Shown piece by piece: positions 23,918-37,369 of a stretch of DNA of 64,000 nt. The stretch lies in NCBI GenBank assembly GCA_000934665.2, contig JYFJ02001087.1, forward strand, positions 1-64,000, written 5' to 3'. Position numbers and translations under genes: made by a program. A model generated the notes under the pieces. That model was not told the origin of the DNA. It ran no database searches and saw nothing but the letters and a program-made list of their open reading frames with translations. This DNA comes from Catajapyx aquilonaris. Lineage: Eukaryota. How positions within the stretch are numbered: the first letter of the stretch is position 1; each line of letters begins with the position of its first letter.

Positions 23918-24495
23918 TTACTGTGCGGTGAGAGTAGTGCACGAGGAGTGGGTGTCATGGGGGTGAAATGGCCGTGTATTCCCGTGGCGGTGGGTGCCGT
24001 GGCGGTGGAGGAGGTGCAGGGGGCGGGTTCCAGGACCGGCATCATCACCATCGACGGCGGCAGCGGTGGTCGTCGAAGAAGCAGCAGGGGAGGCCGTAGG
24101 GTGAGCTAGGAGCGAGTGTCTGAGATGGGCCCTGGACTGATTGCTGCTGTTGTGGAGCGGAAGTGACGACAGAAGGAGGCCCATCCAGAAACAATCAAAT
24201 AATAAAAATCCTGATCAGCACCCCGCGTCTGGTAAAGTCTCGCGTTCTCATGCGTCGGTCATCGTGGGAGGCTGCTGCAGCTAGCCCCGTCGTCGTCGTC
24301 GTCGTCGTCTTCGTCGCATCACCCTCACCGTGGTCAGCCCAGCCGCCCTCCCGATCGTCATCCGACCAGCATCTCCTCCGGATCACAATCCGGACTCCCA
24401 GCAGCAGCAGCGTCTCGTCGGCCCGCCCACCCGCATGGCCGCCAGCTCCCATGGCCTGCTACCACCTCCTTCTAGTCTGTACTGACGGCCTAATC
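23918..24495 (+). other. Long GC-rich 5' UTR part of the first coding exon of the NMDA receptor gene, with several uAUGs
   Basis: Branch-like TCTAAC (23891), pyrimidine tract and TTTCAG acceptor ending at 23917, then an abrupt switch to GC-rich sequence continuous with the signal-peptide codons. Implies at least one upstream non-coding exon. Confidence 0.6.
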
Positions 24496-24612
24496 ATGCA
24501 CGGCCTGCGTCTGCTGCTGCTGCTGCTCGTCGCCGTGCCCGCGCTGGCCGCGCGGCTTGCCTTGCAACTTGCCGCAGCATTCGACCCACACAACTACGCA
24601 CTCTTCGCTAAG
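24496..24612 (+). CDS. NMDA-type receptor coding exon 1 (signal peptide)
   Basis: MHGLRLLLLLLVAVPALA-ARLALQLAAAFDPHNYALFAK; donor AAG|GTACGT. The start is uncertain because in-frame ATGs also lie at 24250 and 24451. Confidence 0.8.
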
Positions 24613-27600
24613 GTACGTCTGACACTCCTACTCAAGCCATATGCAGACCCCCGTCAGATTAGTAGTTCTCCCCACCACCTGTAGCTAGTGGGGGAACCCT
24701 TATTTCAATTTGCGGTTTGGGAGGTTTCGTCCTGCCGCCAGGGTCAGAAGGTGAGAAGTCTTATTTGGGCCATAGCTCGCGAAAACGGCGGGGAAATTTG
24801 CAATTCTGTGGATTTTTCGCTTTACAATATTGTCGACGACAGCTTTCCAGCGAGCCATCTCCAGATCCGCTACGACGTGTCGGGAAGTGCGAAACAAATA
24901 TTTTCTAACCTACTCCTACTGCTCGGGTAGGGGCTTTCTTTACTCTGGATTCAACATTAATTTTTCTCTACACATGCACGTTACAATGATTTCTACCACT
25001 CAATTATCAAGCTAATAATTCCACATACTCCTGGCGTCAAATACACTTTTTGGGCGTGTCATTGCTATACAGTATTTCTCTCGTATTTCTGTTATCGCCT
25101 GCTTTTAGAGCAGCAAAAAGGGGGCCGATGTCAAATTCAGAAACTTTTATAAGGGGCTTCATTTTCAAACTCAGCCAAATTTATGCAGGAGGATATAAAT
25201 TCAGGCCCACTCTCTGAGGGTGTGTTGTACCGACAATGTTTCTTGTCGAGAATATTGCGGAGAGGAATTCAAAGTGCGAGCTTTACTGCATATTGTTTCT
25301 TATATGCATTATTGTAAGCGGCACTGAAAGCGCAGTTTACATGAGTGATGGCCTATAATTAAATCCTGCTTACTTTCTGGCAATTTCAATAATGTCATAC
25401 ACTCTTATAGACTAAACTATTTGACCTATCCACAATAAACAAAATGCTCCACGCCAAAGTTGGCTAGTCCTGCAGGTAGGCTATATATGCTGTGGCACAA
25501 ACCAGTACGAAATCCTATTACCCATATTATTACTGTTATTATTATTCAGTAATTATGCAATGCAATAAATCGAAATCATAATTGGCCAGTGGTGTCCGAT
25601 ATTTCCCTCGTCGATGTCATCAGCTGTCATTGTCTCATACGTTGATTCCCTGCCCTAGATACGGTAGTATTGCTTATTGTGTTTTTGTATATGATGCTTT
25701 TTACTCACACTGCGTTTGTCAGGATGCTTGTAGCCTACTGAATAGACTCTACGAAACCTCCAACCTGCTGTAGTAATAAAGTTAGATTTGCCCATTCAAC
25801 CTGTCGAGAAAAATAGGCAGCAGTGACCCCCAGGTCAACCCTTGCATTTTGTTCCCGAAGCGTGACCGCACAATTTATCTTATATTTATTCGGCAGGCGG
25901 CGTCTCTCCTGTAAATAACCCAGGGTTGCTCCTCAGTGATTGATAAACCCGAGTTTAAAGTGTGGGCCTTTTGAGATGAACTGCTGAAGAGCGTGCTTGT
26001 ACCAGTGTGTACGTACGGTACATAATGCATTGTGCCTGAGAGCTTAGGAATGAGGGTCATAAATCCTTGCAAGGCTCCGCAGGCCATTTTCCCTGGAGCG
26101 ATTTTCCTTGAGTATGCCTACAGTGCAGCTCATGAACGTTTCATTACAGCTGCCCATCTGATGACTTGCGTAACAGCCCTGAATCTGATACATGATGAGA
26201 GTACAGTACCGGCTGAAGGTAATACAAAAACTACCCTCCTTTCTAGAAGGAGTGATGAGACTTTTCAACACATGACATCCATCTGCCGCTCCTCTTTTTT
26301 TGCACACAGCTTTTGTGCAGTCTGTGCATAACGAGCCCGTGTTAGGAAAATTCATTTAACATGATAGTTAATATTTAGCTAATTCTCTTGCATTTTGAAA
26401 AGTTGGATATCTGCTATGTATGTCAGATATTTTAATATAAAGAGTGTTATTCAGATTTGAATGGTTATCTTCTATGGTTATGGCGACTTATTGTTTTCAT
26501 ACAAATCCCGATTTCATCACAGACTTTTCCCATAGACATATTTAGACATCAGCTAGTTGAACACGCTGAATGCAAAAGGCGATTAGTAGAGATCCTCCAT
26601 TCTTGTGACATGTAATCGTGCATGACCATTTCTCTCTGCTTCTGACCAAAAGAAATCCGTCCACGGTCTGCTGCTCATTTTATTCTAAGCACAATGTGTG
26701 CTGGAATAAATGTGACGAACAACCCCGCAGGCATGAGGTTAGCAACACTCAGCTGGCGAACTATGGAGCGGTCGATACTTTTAATAATGCCAATGAGCTT
26801 GGGACACTAATCCGCATAATAATCGCTTTTCACCGTTTTGATTTAATTCTCCAACCCTTCATCCCACCCACCCACCCACCCCATCCGAGCCCGGATGGTA
26901 AATAGGTGTTATTCATGGAAACACTGGAAAGCTTCCGGATTCCGGGCCACAGATAGTGGCTTGTAAGCACTTTGTGAGCGGGTTGTTTTTTTCGACAGAT
27001 GGCAGAAAACTATTGGCGGCGACAAAATAAAAGGAGTTTGCGAAACTTTTAATAGTCCTTTCCTTTTCGTCCCCGCCCGTATAGCATTGCATTCACCTGG
27101 AAATTGCTTATATCCGACCCTGTCTGGAACAAAGTTTTTGGTGTGTGTGTTTTTTTATGCCATGGCTGCAAAAAAAGATTTTGAGTCGAATGCACCTTGG
27201 AGAGTGAGGGGGAAAGAAGTTTGCCCTATGGAAGCCCAGGCCGTTGACTTTACTTCCGATACTGAAGACGTTTCCAGGGAAAGTAGGGACTGGATAAAGA
27301 AATCCGAGAATGTCCGGAGGAAATGTTTGCCCTGAGATTTAGCTCAATGTAAAGTGTGCTCAGAGATGAGGCCTTTGGATTCAGACGCAAGACGACGCTC
27401 ATCTTACATCTTCCTGACTGCCCCAAAAAATGTGCATTTTGAATATTTTCATCACTTCTATTTTGTATTATGCCCAGTAATTTGTTGGCTTATGCTGGTA
27501 ATTACATGTCAAATGTACAGCTCTTTGTTGTCCAATGCTGTCGTTCGGTGCAGTAGTCAACGTGGATGTCAAATTATCATAAGCTCTTTATGTATAATGC

Positions 27601-30600
27601 TGTTCGAGTGTCAATAGTTTGAAATGTGACGTCATGTGCATACAGTACACACACAATTGCAACCGTTTGTGCACCGTTCTCTAGTAATTTTCTTGGCAGA
27701 GAATTGTGCACGGTGTCCTGCACCATACTTTTTTTACCCGGACCTAATTTAACACGATGACAGGGTGTGCCGTACTACCTGCCTGCAACAAAAATGTTCC
27801 ACGATTAAGATGTGCATCAGGGCGGGGGAAGCATCCATCCAACGGAACCAGCTCAGCAAATTGAGCGGAAAATGGTCATTGGTGACCATAAAACAGTTGC
27901 GAAAGGACGTTGCGCCATTTGACGCTATAGTCCAACCGGGTCCGACCTCCCCGTGTAATTAATCCGATGTAATTTTGTGTGTGTCCCAAGTAGGTTAAGG
28001 TCCCTGCTCTTCAACGTTGTCTCTTGGTTCCTATTTGAAATATTGTGATATCTCTTTCGGACAGATGCTGAACAAAACCCTGGCCGCAGTGAACCGGGAC
28101 AGGCGAGGAACCAACCTGACGATGACGGGGTCGTCGATGCCCTTGTCCGACTTTTCCGCCGTGTCCCTGGAGCAAGTGTGCAGCACTGTGGAGCAGCAGA
28201 GGATAGGCGTCTTCCTGGCGCTGACCGATGCCCGCGCCGCCCACGCCGTGGCCATGGCCGCAGGGGTGGCCGGCGTGCCCGTCGTCGGAGTCAAGAACCA
28301 TCTCTTCCTTGGACATGCTGACAAGGTTAGCCACTTCAATTGGTTATAACCTAATAGGAAGTACAAGCTCAACAGCTGAAATAGTGGCTACCTATAAAAA
28401 CATGTCATACGCTAAACAATAATGAAGTGCAGTACTACGCATTGCAATTAATTAAAAGCTAGGTACTACGTGAACACTCGATGGTTAAACAGATTGGTAA
28501 TTAATCTGCGATCTGTAACTTTTGTCAGTTTGACCTGAGCGGATGGGAAGGTGACCTCTATGAGTGTATACATACGTACATACACGACCGGCCAATCCCT
28601 TCCCGCAAAATTAGCCTTGCAATATCCGCGCGACTGTACATTGCCCCTGATTTTGCATTAGTCGAGTTAATTACTCATACACGTTTGTGTGATTATATGT
28701 CGCGGTTCTAGAATTAGCTCTTTCACTGACACGCTAATGAGGTTAGCCCACCCCTTTGATTTTTTAATGAACGGGACCAGTAAAACAAAGATTTCTGAAT
28801 GGACTCGATTACGTAATACTGGAAGTCCGTATCATGCAGGTTACGTCTACGCATTATGTTATACGTTTAAGTAAACATTTCAAGGTGACGTTGTAGGCTA
28901 CTGACGTCATATCGAAAGAAAAATTATTTTAATGTACATTTTGTTTATAACCTAATGTTTTTGTACTGAATTATTTACCGATTATTATTAATGTATCTCT
29001 GAGGATTTGTTAGCCTGTTGAATTGAAGCCTTTAGATTCGGTTACCGACAGTGATAGTATTTTTCACTGATGTCAACCTCCAAATTTTCTCCCCCCCATT
29101 CTCCACGCCTTGCTGACTTCGCCAAGAAGCGTCGCGACGCTTCACTATAATGACACAACCACCGCTTACATAACGCAATTTCAATTCAGGCAGCAATCTC
29201 GCCCCAGCAGAGATGTAATCTCTTAATGTGCTACACTCAATTTGCGTGTTACGTAAGCTTATGAAGTTTCCCTGCATTGCCCTTCCCTTTTGCCCAACCT
29301 TGTAATTCTCATAAGTAGGGCGTGGCCGATTTCCGGAACCGATTGTGCGGTGCTGGAGTCACCCGGTTTTTGCAGCCCCAAGTTTCCGGGAGGATCTAGG
29401 GAATGGTCTACTCCCTGACTGTGCAGATCTCACCCTTATTAAGCAGATTGGGAGGATGTGATTTGGACCGGGGCGGAATCGATTCTGAAGCCCCGGACAA
29501 AGATTACAATATATCCCTTATGCCCAGGACTTAGACTTCATTCCCACAAATTAGTTAGCGCCCAGCCGGATTCCTTTAAAATCCTAAAGTTGGGATAGAA
29601 CCAGCAGAAGAGTGGGGGGGAGATCATTAAGCATTTTCCACTCCAGATAATCCCACCTTTGAACTGCAGATCAAGCTGCTTTCAATTTCTAGCCACGTTT
29701 AGCCAAGTCAGTAAGAATGTCTCTCGAGTACTTTACTAGGGGAGATACTCGTGTCTGCTAAAATGTTACAAGGTATAGGATCAGCTAAACCTTTTAAAAA
29801 AAGTTCCAATTACTCTCGTTGCTAATAATTGGAAGGGGGAGTTTGCTAAAATAGAATGGCCTCATTTCCAACAATTGGGAGTGAATTGAATTAGCGGTAA
29901 CCTCGTGAGAAGAAGGCTACAAAAATTCTCCTGGAAATTAGGGGGTCTTCGATGTTTTTCAAGTAACAGGAGGAATTGGGGCTGATCAATGGACTAATTC
30001 GGGTACGATGCTGTTGGACTCACCAAAATCTTGGCTTGCATTCACTAAGGCGTACCAAGGACTGTCTGACCTAACACCATGAATCGAATCTTCAAAACAA
30101 TGAAGCTATGTCATAAATTTAACAACAGCCTCAAAGAAACATTAAATTTACCGGCCCCGAAATTACACTGACACAATCTTAGTGTACTGTTATGCGAATA
30201 ATCAATTTCAATGACCGATGACGTTGGAAAATTGGGCTCTCACGCCTTGCACTGTACAGTACCAGAAAAAAAGAGTTTGCGAAATGCTGACCACCGCTGA
30301 CGTCATCGTGCCGTAACTTCATGCAGTGTTTGCCAAACGAAAGTTCCTCCTTATGTCTTACATCTAGTAGCGGACGAAGTTTTGACAGTGACTAGGATTT
30401 GTGACAAGACCTGATGCCAAGCAAGTGTCGCCTCTGAAAAGTGTCTTGGCAACAGATGTGACACATACAGTTAACAATAGTTGGTAATTATTGGTATAAT
30501 CGGGACACCTGTTAATGCATAGCTTCCAAGAGACAAGACAGCAGCACGTGTTCCGCTTAAAGTCGCGCGCGCTTGAGAGCATCGCAGACGCCGAGCGATG

Positions 30601-33600
30601 CAGGCGTGAAATTAGGTTGTCCAGGCCTATAGAGATTGATTAAGGCCGCTTCATAAATAACTCATCCGGCGGAGGAAATGTTTTGCATGCTGACAATGGA
30701 GGCCCAGTCCGAATTAGCGACGCCGCCTCATCTCGAATAAGCCTTTTGCGCCACCTACCCAAAATGGAAGATGTTGGCGGCGCCGAATTTTAATAGCCCG
30801 GGCCCAATTAACACCAAGAGCACGATTAATCACAGAAGCAGCAAGTGCAAAGTGAGCCAGGGCCCAGATATTAATTTACGAAAAGGAATGAGCTCGAGGA
30901 CACTCCCCATCTACCCTAATTTTTTGGCCTGAAAAAAAAAAAACCCTGAAACTGGCAAAAAAAAAAGGGTTGGCTTCTTTCGATAATTCGAGCGGTTGCT
31001 AATTTGTAGGACCAATCATAATTAGGCCACTATGACAAAGGGGTGCCAGTTGTCTAATTGGATACTTGGATCGATTCGGGTGAAGGGGTCTGAAACAGCG
31101 GTCTGGAGCTATTTGCTGTTAAATAAAATCTCACAATTTTGCACCCAGGTTTTTTCCTTAGAACAGACATCAGCACCCTTTGTTTTTGTGGCTTGGATTT
31201 ACATCATGTTCGGACAGGCCGAAAAACGTGTGCATTTGTTACAAATAGGTAAAGGGCTCACCTTTCGATTTGGATCGCAACTTTGTCACGTTTCCCTCTT
31301 CATCATACCCCCTATACCCGCCTTTCGGTTACAAAGGGGCAGGTTAGGCTCCAATTCAGGGTTTAAGTGTCGGTAGGGAGTGTTTAGCTGGCACTTTGCC
31401 GTAGATGGCGAGAGATCAGGGCTCCCTCTGGAAGTTATTACTGCCCGGACTTAGTTTGGAACGTAAAACTTGCACTTAATCAACACTCACTTTTTGATCA
31501 TTTTGGGCTGTGTTTGGCTTTGAGAGGCCTAGCTCCTTCCATATTTTAGCGCCTGAGTTTGATACAACCCGTTACACAGGAGAGGCTGAAGGGTTGCCCT
31601 GAAGAGTCAGGATGAACTTTTCATAACATGTAAGAGATGCTGAAAATATTAGTTAAAAATGCAATATTAGTGCTCAAGTGCCAATGGTTCTAAAATTTCG
31701 TCCTGAGAATGTACTTTGTTACTGATTGTCAAGTCACATTTCGCACCCTAGAAAATCGTCCCGAGAGATTTGGCGTACAATTCTCTCTCATTGCTTCAAA
31801 GTGTCACGTCGTGTTTCGTTACCAGCAGCTCAGCTTTGTTCAGGGCCCATATATAGTCGGCACAAGATGTAAGAGGCAGAATGGCTGTATCTGCCGGAAT
31901 GGTGGTGTAACGGCTCGTCTGAGCCACAAAATGGCCGACGGGCTGTGAAAGACGCAGCTCCTGAACTTCCTCGCCTATTCAAATGAGGAAAATCGGCCTC
32001 GAGTTAAAGCAGTCGAGGGGAAAGCGTATCGCACAAATTAGCCCTCTCCAAACGTATATAGCCCCCCCCCCCCTTCCCAAAACGGGTAAAGGACCTGAGT
32101 TTGTGCCTGCCCAGGTGTGAAGATGGCCCGTGTTTTGGAGCTCAACATTTTTTTCTTCGAGCGGTAAAACTCGTTAGAGTTGAGCTTTGGAGAAACTCGG
32201 TACTGATGTGATGACCCCTTAAGCCATCCTCTTCTCCTTTGGGAAGGAATTTCCCGGGAGGAATAGAAAGGGGAGGGGAGGGAAAACTTGGGTGTTTTTC
32301 TAGACCGGCCTTTTCCTTCCTTCCTTCGCCCATTTTGAGTCCAGTTAACAACTGGTGGCGACGCCTCCATTGATTGCTTTGTTGGGAGGCAGCCGCAGCT
32401 GAAGGTGCTGCAAAGAACGAGCTGGGTTTGCCGACGACGGTTTTCGGGGCAGCCCGCTAACTGCCAGGGTGGGCCTACCGCAATCATTATTTATTTAAGC
32501 CAATCCTAACAACAGGAGGATTGTTGCTGGGATCTAATCTGTATTGCTATTATGATGAGCCAATCGATCGAGTTTTATCCAGTACAGGGCGATATCAGCA
32601 ATGGTCTGTGCTGATGTGCACTAATTTTGTTCCCTGAAATCCTCCTGATATTATAGGCAAAGAAAGGGTGAGAAGCTATTGAAAACAATTTTAAAGTTTA
32701 AAAAGAGCTGGACGTTTGTTTAGATTGTAACAAAGTGGAAAGTTTTTCATTTCCTAAATTAATGTTAACATTTTGGATTTTATTGTGTCAGAGATGAGCA
32801 CATTGTAAGGCTGCTGCATGTTGGAACATTTGCGAGGCGCTGTGTAATATTATGGCTTATTAAACCGAGCTCCGCTATAATTGTGTAACAAATTAGAGCG
32901 TGCACGTCGAGGTTGAATGGTACACAATTACAGCGCAACTCCCTTCAATGTTCAGCCCATAAATTATGCTTATTTCACGTGTGAAATCAAGTGAAATCAA
33001 TACTGATCAAAGTGGCACACGGAAAACTTTGTTGGAAATTCAAACACAGTCGTTGAATAATGCACTACAACTACAAATAATTCCATTATTGGATAAATTG
33101 CTAATTTAATATCCTCGTGAGTTATTACTGCTCTGTTTTGGTTGCGCATTTTTAGTGCTGGGTTATGTAACGGGTTAAATGGCTTGCTTCGGATCTTCTC
33201 CCAATTACCGAGAAACTATGAAAATCTGTCCGGCTGGCAAGCGTTGAGGCAGGTTATTGTGCGATTAGATGGAAATTCTAGGAAGTGAGAGGTGGGGGGG
33301 GAGGGATTTTAATGAGGTTGAATGGAAGCCATTAACCCATCGTATGACAGTATACAGTGTTCCGCCAGGTAACTGCAGCACAGAAGAGATGAGATCTTGA
33401 GCGAGGTAATTACTCGGGCTCCGTGACGCATGCGGACGGTTACTTCAAAGCTGAAATGCGACCCAAAGGCTCCGTTTCCTCTATGCAATGTAAATATCCG
33501 GGTGCTTCTATAAGGTCACCATGGAAAGTAGGAGGGGGTAGGAGGAGGTGGGGGAGGATTATTACTTCCGTCGATATGCTCTCGTGGTTTCCCTTTCGGT

Positions 33601-36600
33601 GCAAGCCACGTGAGAGATCCGAACCACACCAGCGAGAAAATGTAAGGAATATGTTGCAAAAAGAGGAGCTCATATACATTGATGTGGGAAAAAGTCAAAT
33701 TAACATGTGAAAATGGGGGGTTAAAATTGATTCAAAAGTGAAAAAGTTATGAACAGTTGATTTAAACTTTAAAGAGAAGCAATCTTATCGCACAGATGGA
33801 TTAATTAACCCAAATAACAAAGGGTAGAATTTTCTTTCCACTGCTACTAGTTAGCAGGATCTAGCACTGGGACGAAAATTCCACACAATTATTTTTGAAA
33901 GCAATGGATGGACGCCTTTTGTGTGTCTCACCGTTTACATATTAACATACTTTACTCCAACAAATAAATTGTGTAGTTAGGCTTTTCTTTTTCTCGTGAA
34001 CTTGATTCGCTTTTTGGTCAAAGATCATTTGTACCCCGGAGTAGAAATAGGACCGACAGGCACAGGGATGTAATAAGGCAACAATGTTGTGAGGAATGGG
34101 CCTACCATTTCTTTCTCCCCTTTTCTTCCTCTTTCTCTTTTTTTCCCCATTCTCCGCGGCTTGACCACGGGGAGAAGAGATTGACCACTTTTCTCTCGGG
34201 GGCTTGGAATCCTTGAATGCGATCCTGGCTGGCCAAATCCAATATCGCAAGGGCGATGTGATGCATGGGGAAGGAAAAGGAGGTATAGTTTTCATGCTTT
34301 TTGTCTCGAGCCTATCCCCCAGTGTCCCACAGGAAGAGCCGGATTGTTGAGAAGAAGGCCCCTTTTCCATCTCCATTCCTTCTTCGTTCCTGAAGAGAAA
34401 TGAGGCCCATGCACGGTTGGGTCCAATCGCGAGTCTTTTCATTCAGGTTCGGAGGTGGCGTCCGAGCAGGGGGGGTGCTAAGGCATCCATTCATCCGCCG
34501 AATGTAATTAGAGCAGCTAATGACCTGAGTGACGGTGCTATTATGTACACACTGCGGGGGGGAAGCCATGATTTCATCCATTATCGGCCGCGGAACTGAC
34601 ACGTTGAGGTAGCAAGGTATATGCGCTTACATAACGCTGCCCAGAGACTCATTTGCATCAAAAATGGGCTGAACGCAAAGTGCTGTGGGAGAGTGCTGGG
34701 GCTGGAAAATGTAATAAATGTCGCGTTACCTGAATTACATAACGATTCTCACTTTTTAGGGTACAAAATGGCGTTTGTGTGTATTACATGCTGATGTGAT
34801 CTTTTCTCCTTTGTAAAGTTGGGTTATTAAATTACATATTCTTCAAGTATAGAAACACTCTTCTTGATAAATCCGTGACAACACAAACTAATCCGTTTTC
34901 TGAGCTACACTTGTCCACTGCTAATCTTCCACAGAAACTAATCCCGACTGGGAATGAGCACGTACCGTACTGACCGTGAGAACAAAGCGCAAACATCAGT
35001 GAAGAATGGCTGCTATGTGCCAACCAGCATTACCAATAATTACAACGAGAGCTTTAACCGTCACAAGACTGAAAAACACGTAACTTGTTACGTGTCCAAT
35101 GAAATCATCACGCCCTGTGCGGATTAAATGGTGAATAAATAATTGGGCTTCCGGATTTACTGCCGGGTTGGGGGGGGGGGAAAAATATACGTATGTGAGA
35201 GTCCACAAAATCCGGGGGTCCGTCGCTCTTTATTTGACACGGAGGACTAATTTCATTGGGAAATAATAGCCAAAAGGGGGTGGACACATTGACGCAACCA
35301 CTTATATAGGGCACATGAACCCTCATAAATCGGTCAAAATTCGAGCCAGACCGGATTGTGCAAAAGCGGAGGAGACTAATTAATTTCGAACAATAATAAT
35401 TGTCCGGACCAGACGCAGAAAAGACATCCGTTCGATATGTTAGCGAAAATAGACCCACACAAAAAAAAGGCAGCATAGAAAATGTTAGCAGGCGGAAAAT
35501 TGGTCTCGGCTTGTCCGGAAATCCCCCATCATAAAAGCCGAGCCCAGTTTTAAAGCCAGGGTTGGGGGGAAGGGGCGATTATTTTTATTCTAAGGGGGGC
35601 TGAATATAGCCATTGGCCATGGAGATCCATAATCCCTCCGCCTTAGTTTGTAAGCTTCCCCACACGGTTTTGTTGCGATGTTTCTTTTGAAACTTGAAAA
35701 ATATCACCAGTGTTTAAAAACAGCGATTTGTGACTAGCAGTGATCTCTGCTACTGGTGTTAAAAATAGCAGTGATCTGAACATTGTAATCGTAATAAAAT
35801 CTAAGCTCAGATTGTATGCATACTGCACGCGTCTTACTGTAAGGAACGGACGAATCAGATTTCACAGACACTTTATCCGAGAGTTTAATCCTGATTGCAA
35901 CAGGTTTTTTTTTTTATCAGGCAGAGTTTATCAGGTGGGCGGACAGTTACGTGCTCAGGTGCAATTTTGGCAGTGGGTGCAACAGGCTGGGGTCGTGACA
36001 TTTAAGGGCTTTCCCTATAAGCACACCTGTTGCAACGCTGATTTTGAGGGAAATGTGAGCCTCCGAACCGGGTAAATGTCTGGACAACGGGGAGTTGATC
36101 ATCTCCGGAAAGTTGAGCTTTTGCAGTAAACGGGGGCCAATTTTTTTTAGCTGGAGGGTGGTGGTGGTGGTGGGGTGGGACTCCCATTGATTAACTTTTC
36201 AAACAGCGATGATGACAACGGGCTATATCCTGCAGTCACACCCGCTTGAACACAGCTCCAATTATACACCCACGCGGTTTTCTAACGCATGTACAGTGCG
36301 AGGTACAAAAAGGACGGAAATCCGACCCTGGAATTCTCTGCGGGCGATTTCCATTACGCTTAAAAGTAATCGGAAATTGCATCACGCATAATACCTCCCA
36401 ATAGGCAGGGTTAAACTACAAGGGCACGCGCTTTTTTCTTTTGGACACAGATTCCATTGCCATGTGGCATTGTCGCATATCACAACAATGTTTCGCAGAT
36501 TCACTCAAATTAATTTAGATAATAGAGAATATTAATAACTAAAGAAGACATTCACACTTACAAGCTCATTCCACTGGAATTTACTGCAATTATTTCAAAG

Positions 36601-37287
36601 AGCCTCTCATGATCTGCTCAGCTGTGTTGTTGTAAGTTTGCATGGATTGCTTCTTCAGGTTGTAAGAGTTTCGCCAAGATCTTTTCCTGATGGTGTGCTC
36701 CAGGCTTTGCCTTTTAAAATCATTTCATGCATAAATTAATTTCACGGAACTTTGCGGTTTTGCCGTGCTAAAATGTGATAAGATTGCGAGCGAACCAAGG
36801 GTGAAATGACCCCTATTTTCTGAGAAAACTGGGGTGTACATCATTAATCACTTTGACGCTAATGATGCATGCAGTAGCGAACCAAGTTGGCACAAGGTAT
36901 ACAGTAAACGCTTAAATGCAACAATGCTCTAATCACAAGTTGGAATCTTTTTGCACACGTGTGTAAAGCATGTAAATCTACTTAAATATATAAATGGTTG
37001 CAACTCATCTCCTATACAGTCACCCATCCGAAAGTGTGCCAAAACTCTATTAAAATATTGCAGCTCAATGTGCCTCATAGCTTTGAAAGCACTACCCAGA
37101 TAATATTAGATTATTAGATCGAAACCTATCTCTAGACACACTCTGGATAAATCGAATTGTGGATTTTTTTTTGTCTGTCGTCCAGGCGTATAATTTTCAA
37201 TGTATTTCTGTCGCATATAACGGGAGCCTGTGCTAGAATAATAATTTTGCTGTACGGATCGATTCCGCTTTAGAAATTTTTTACTTA

Positions 37288-37369
<82 letters not shown>

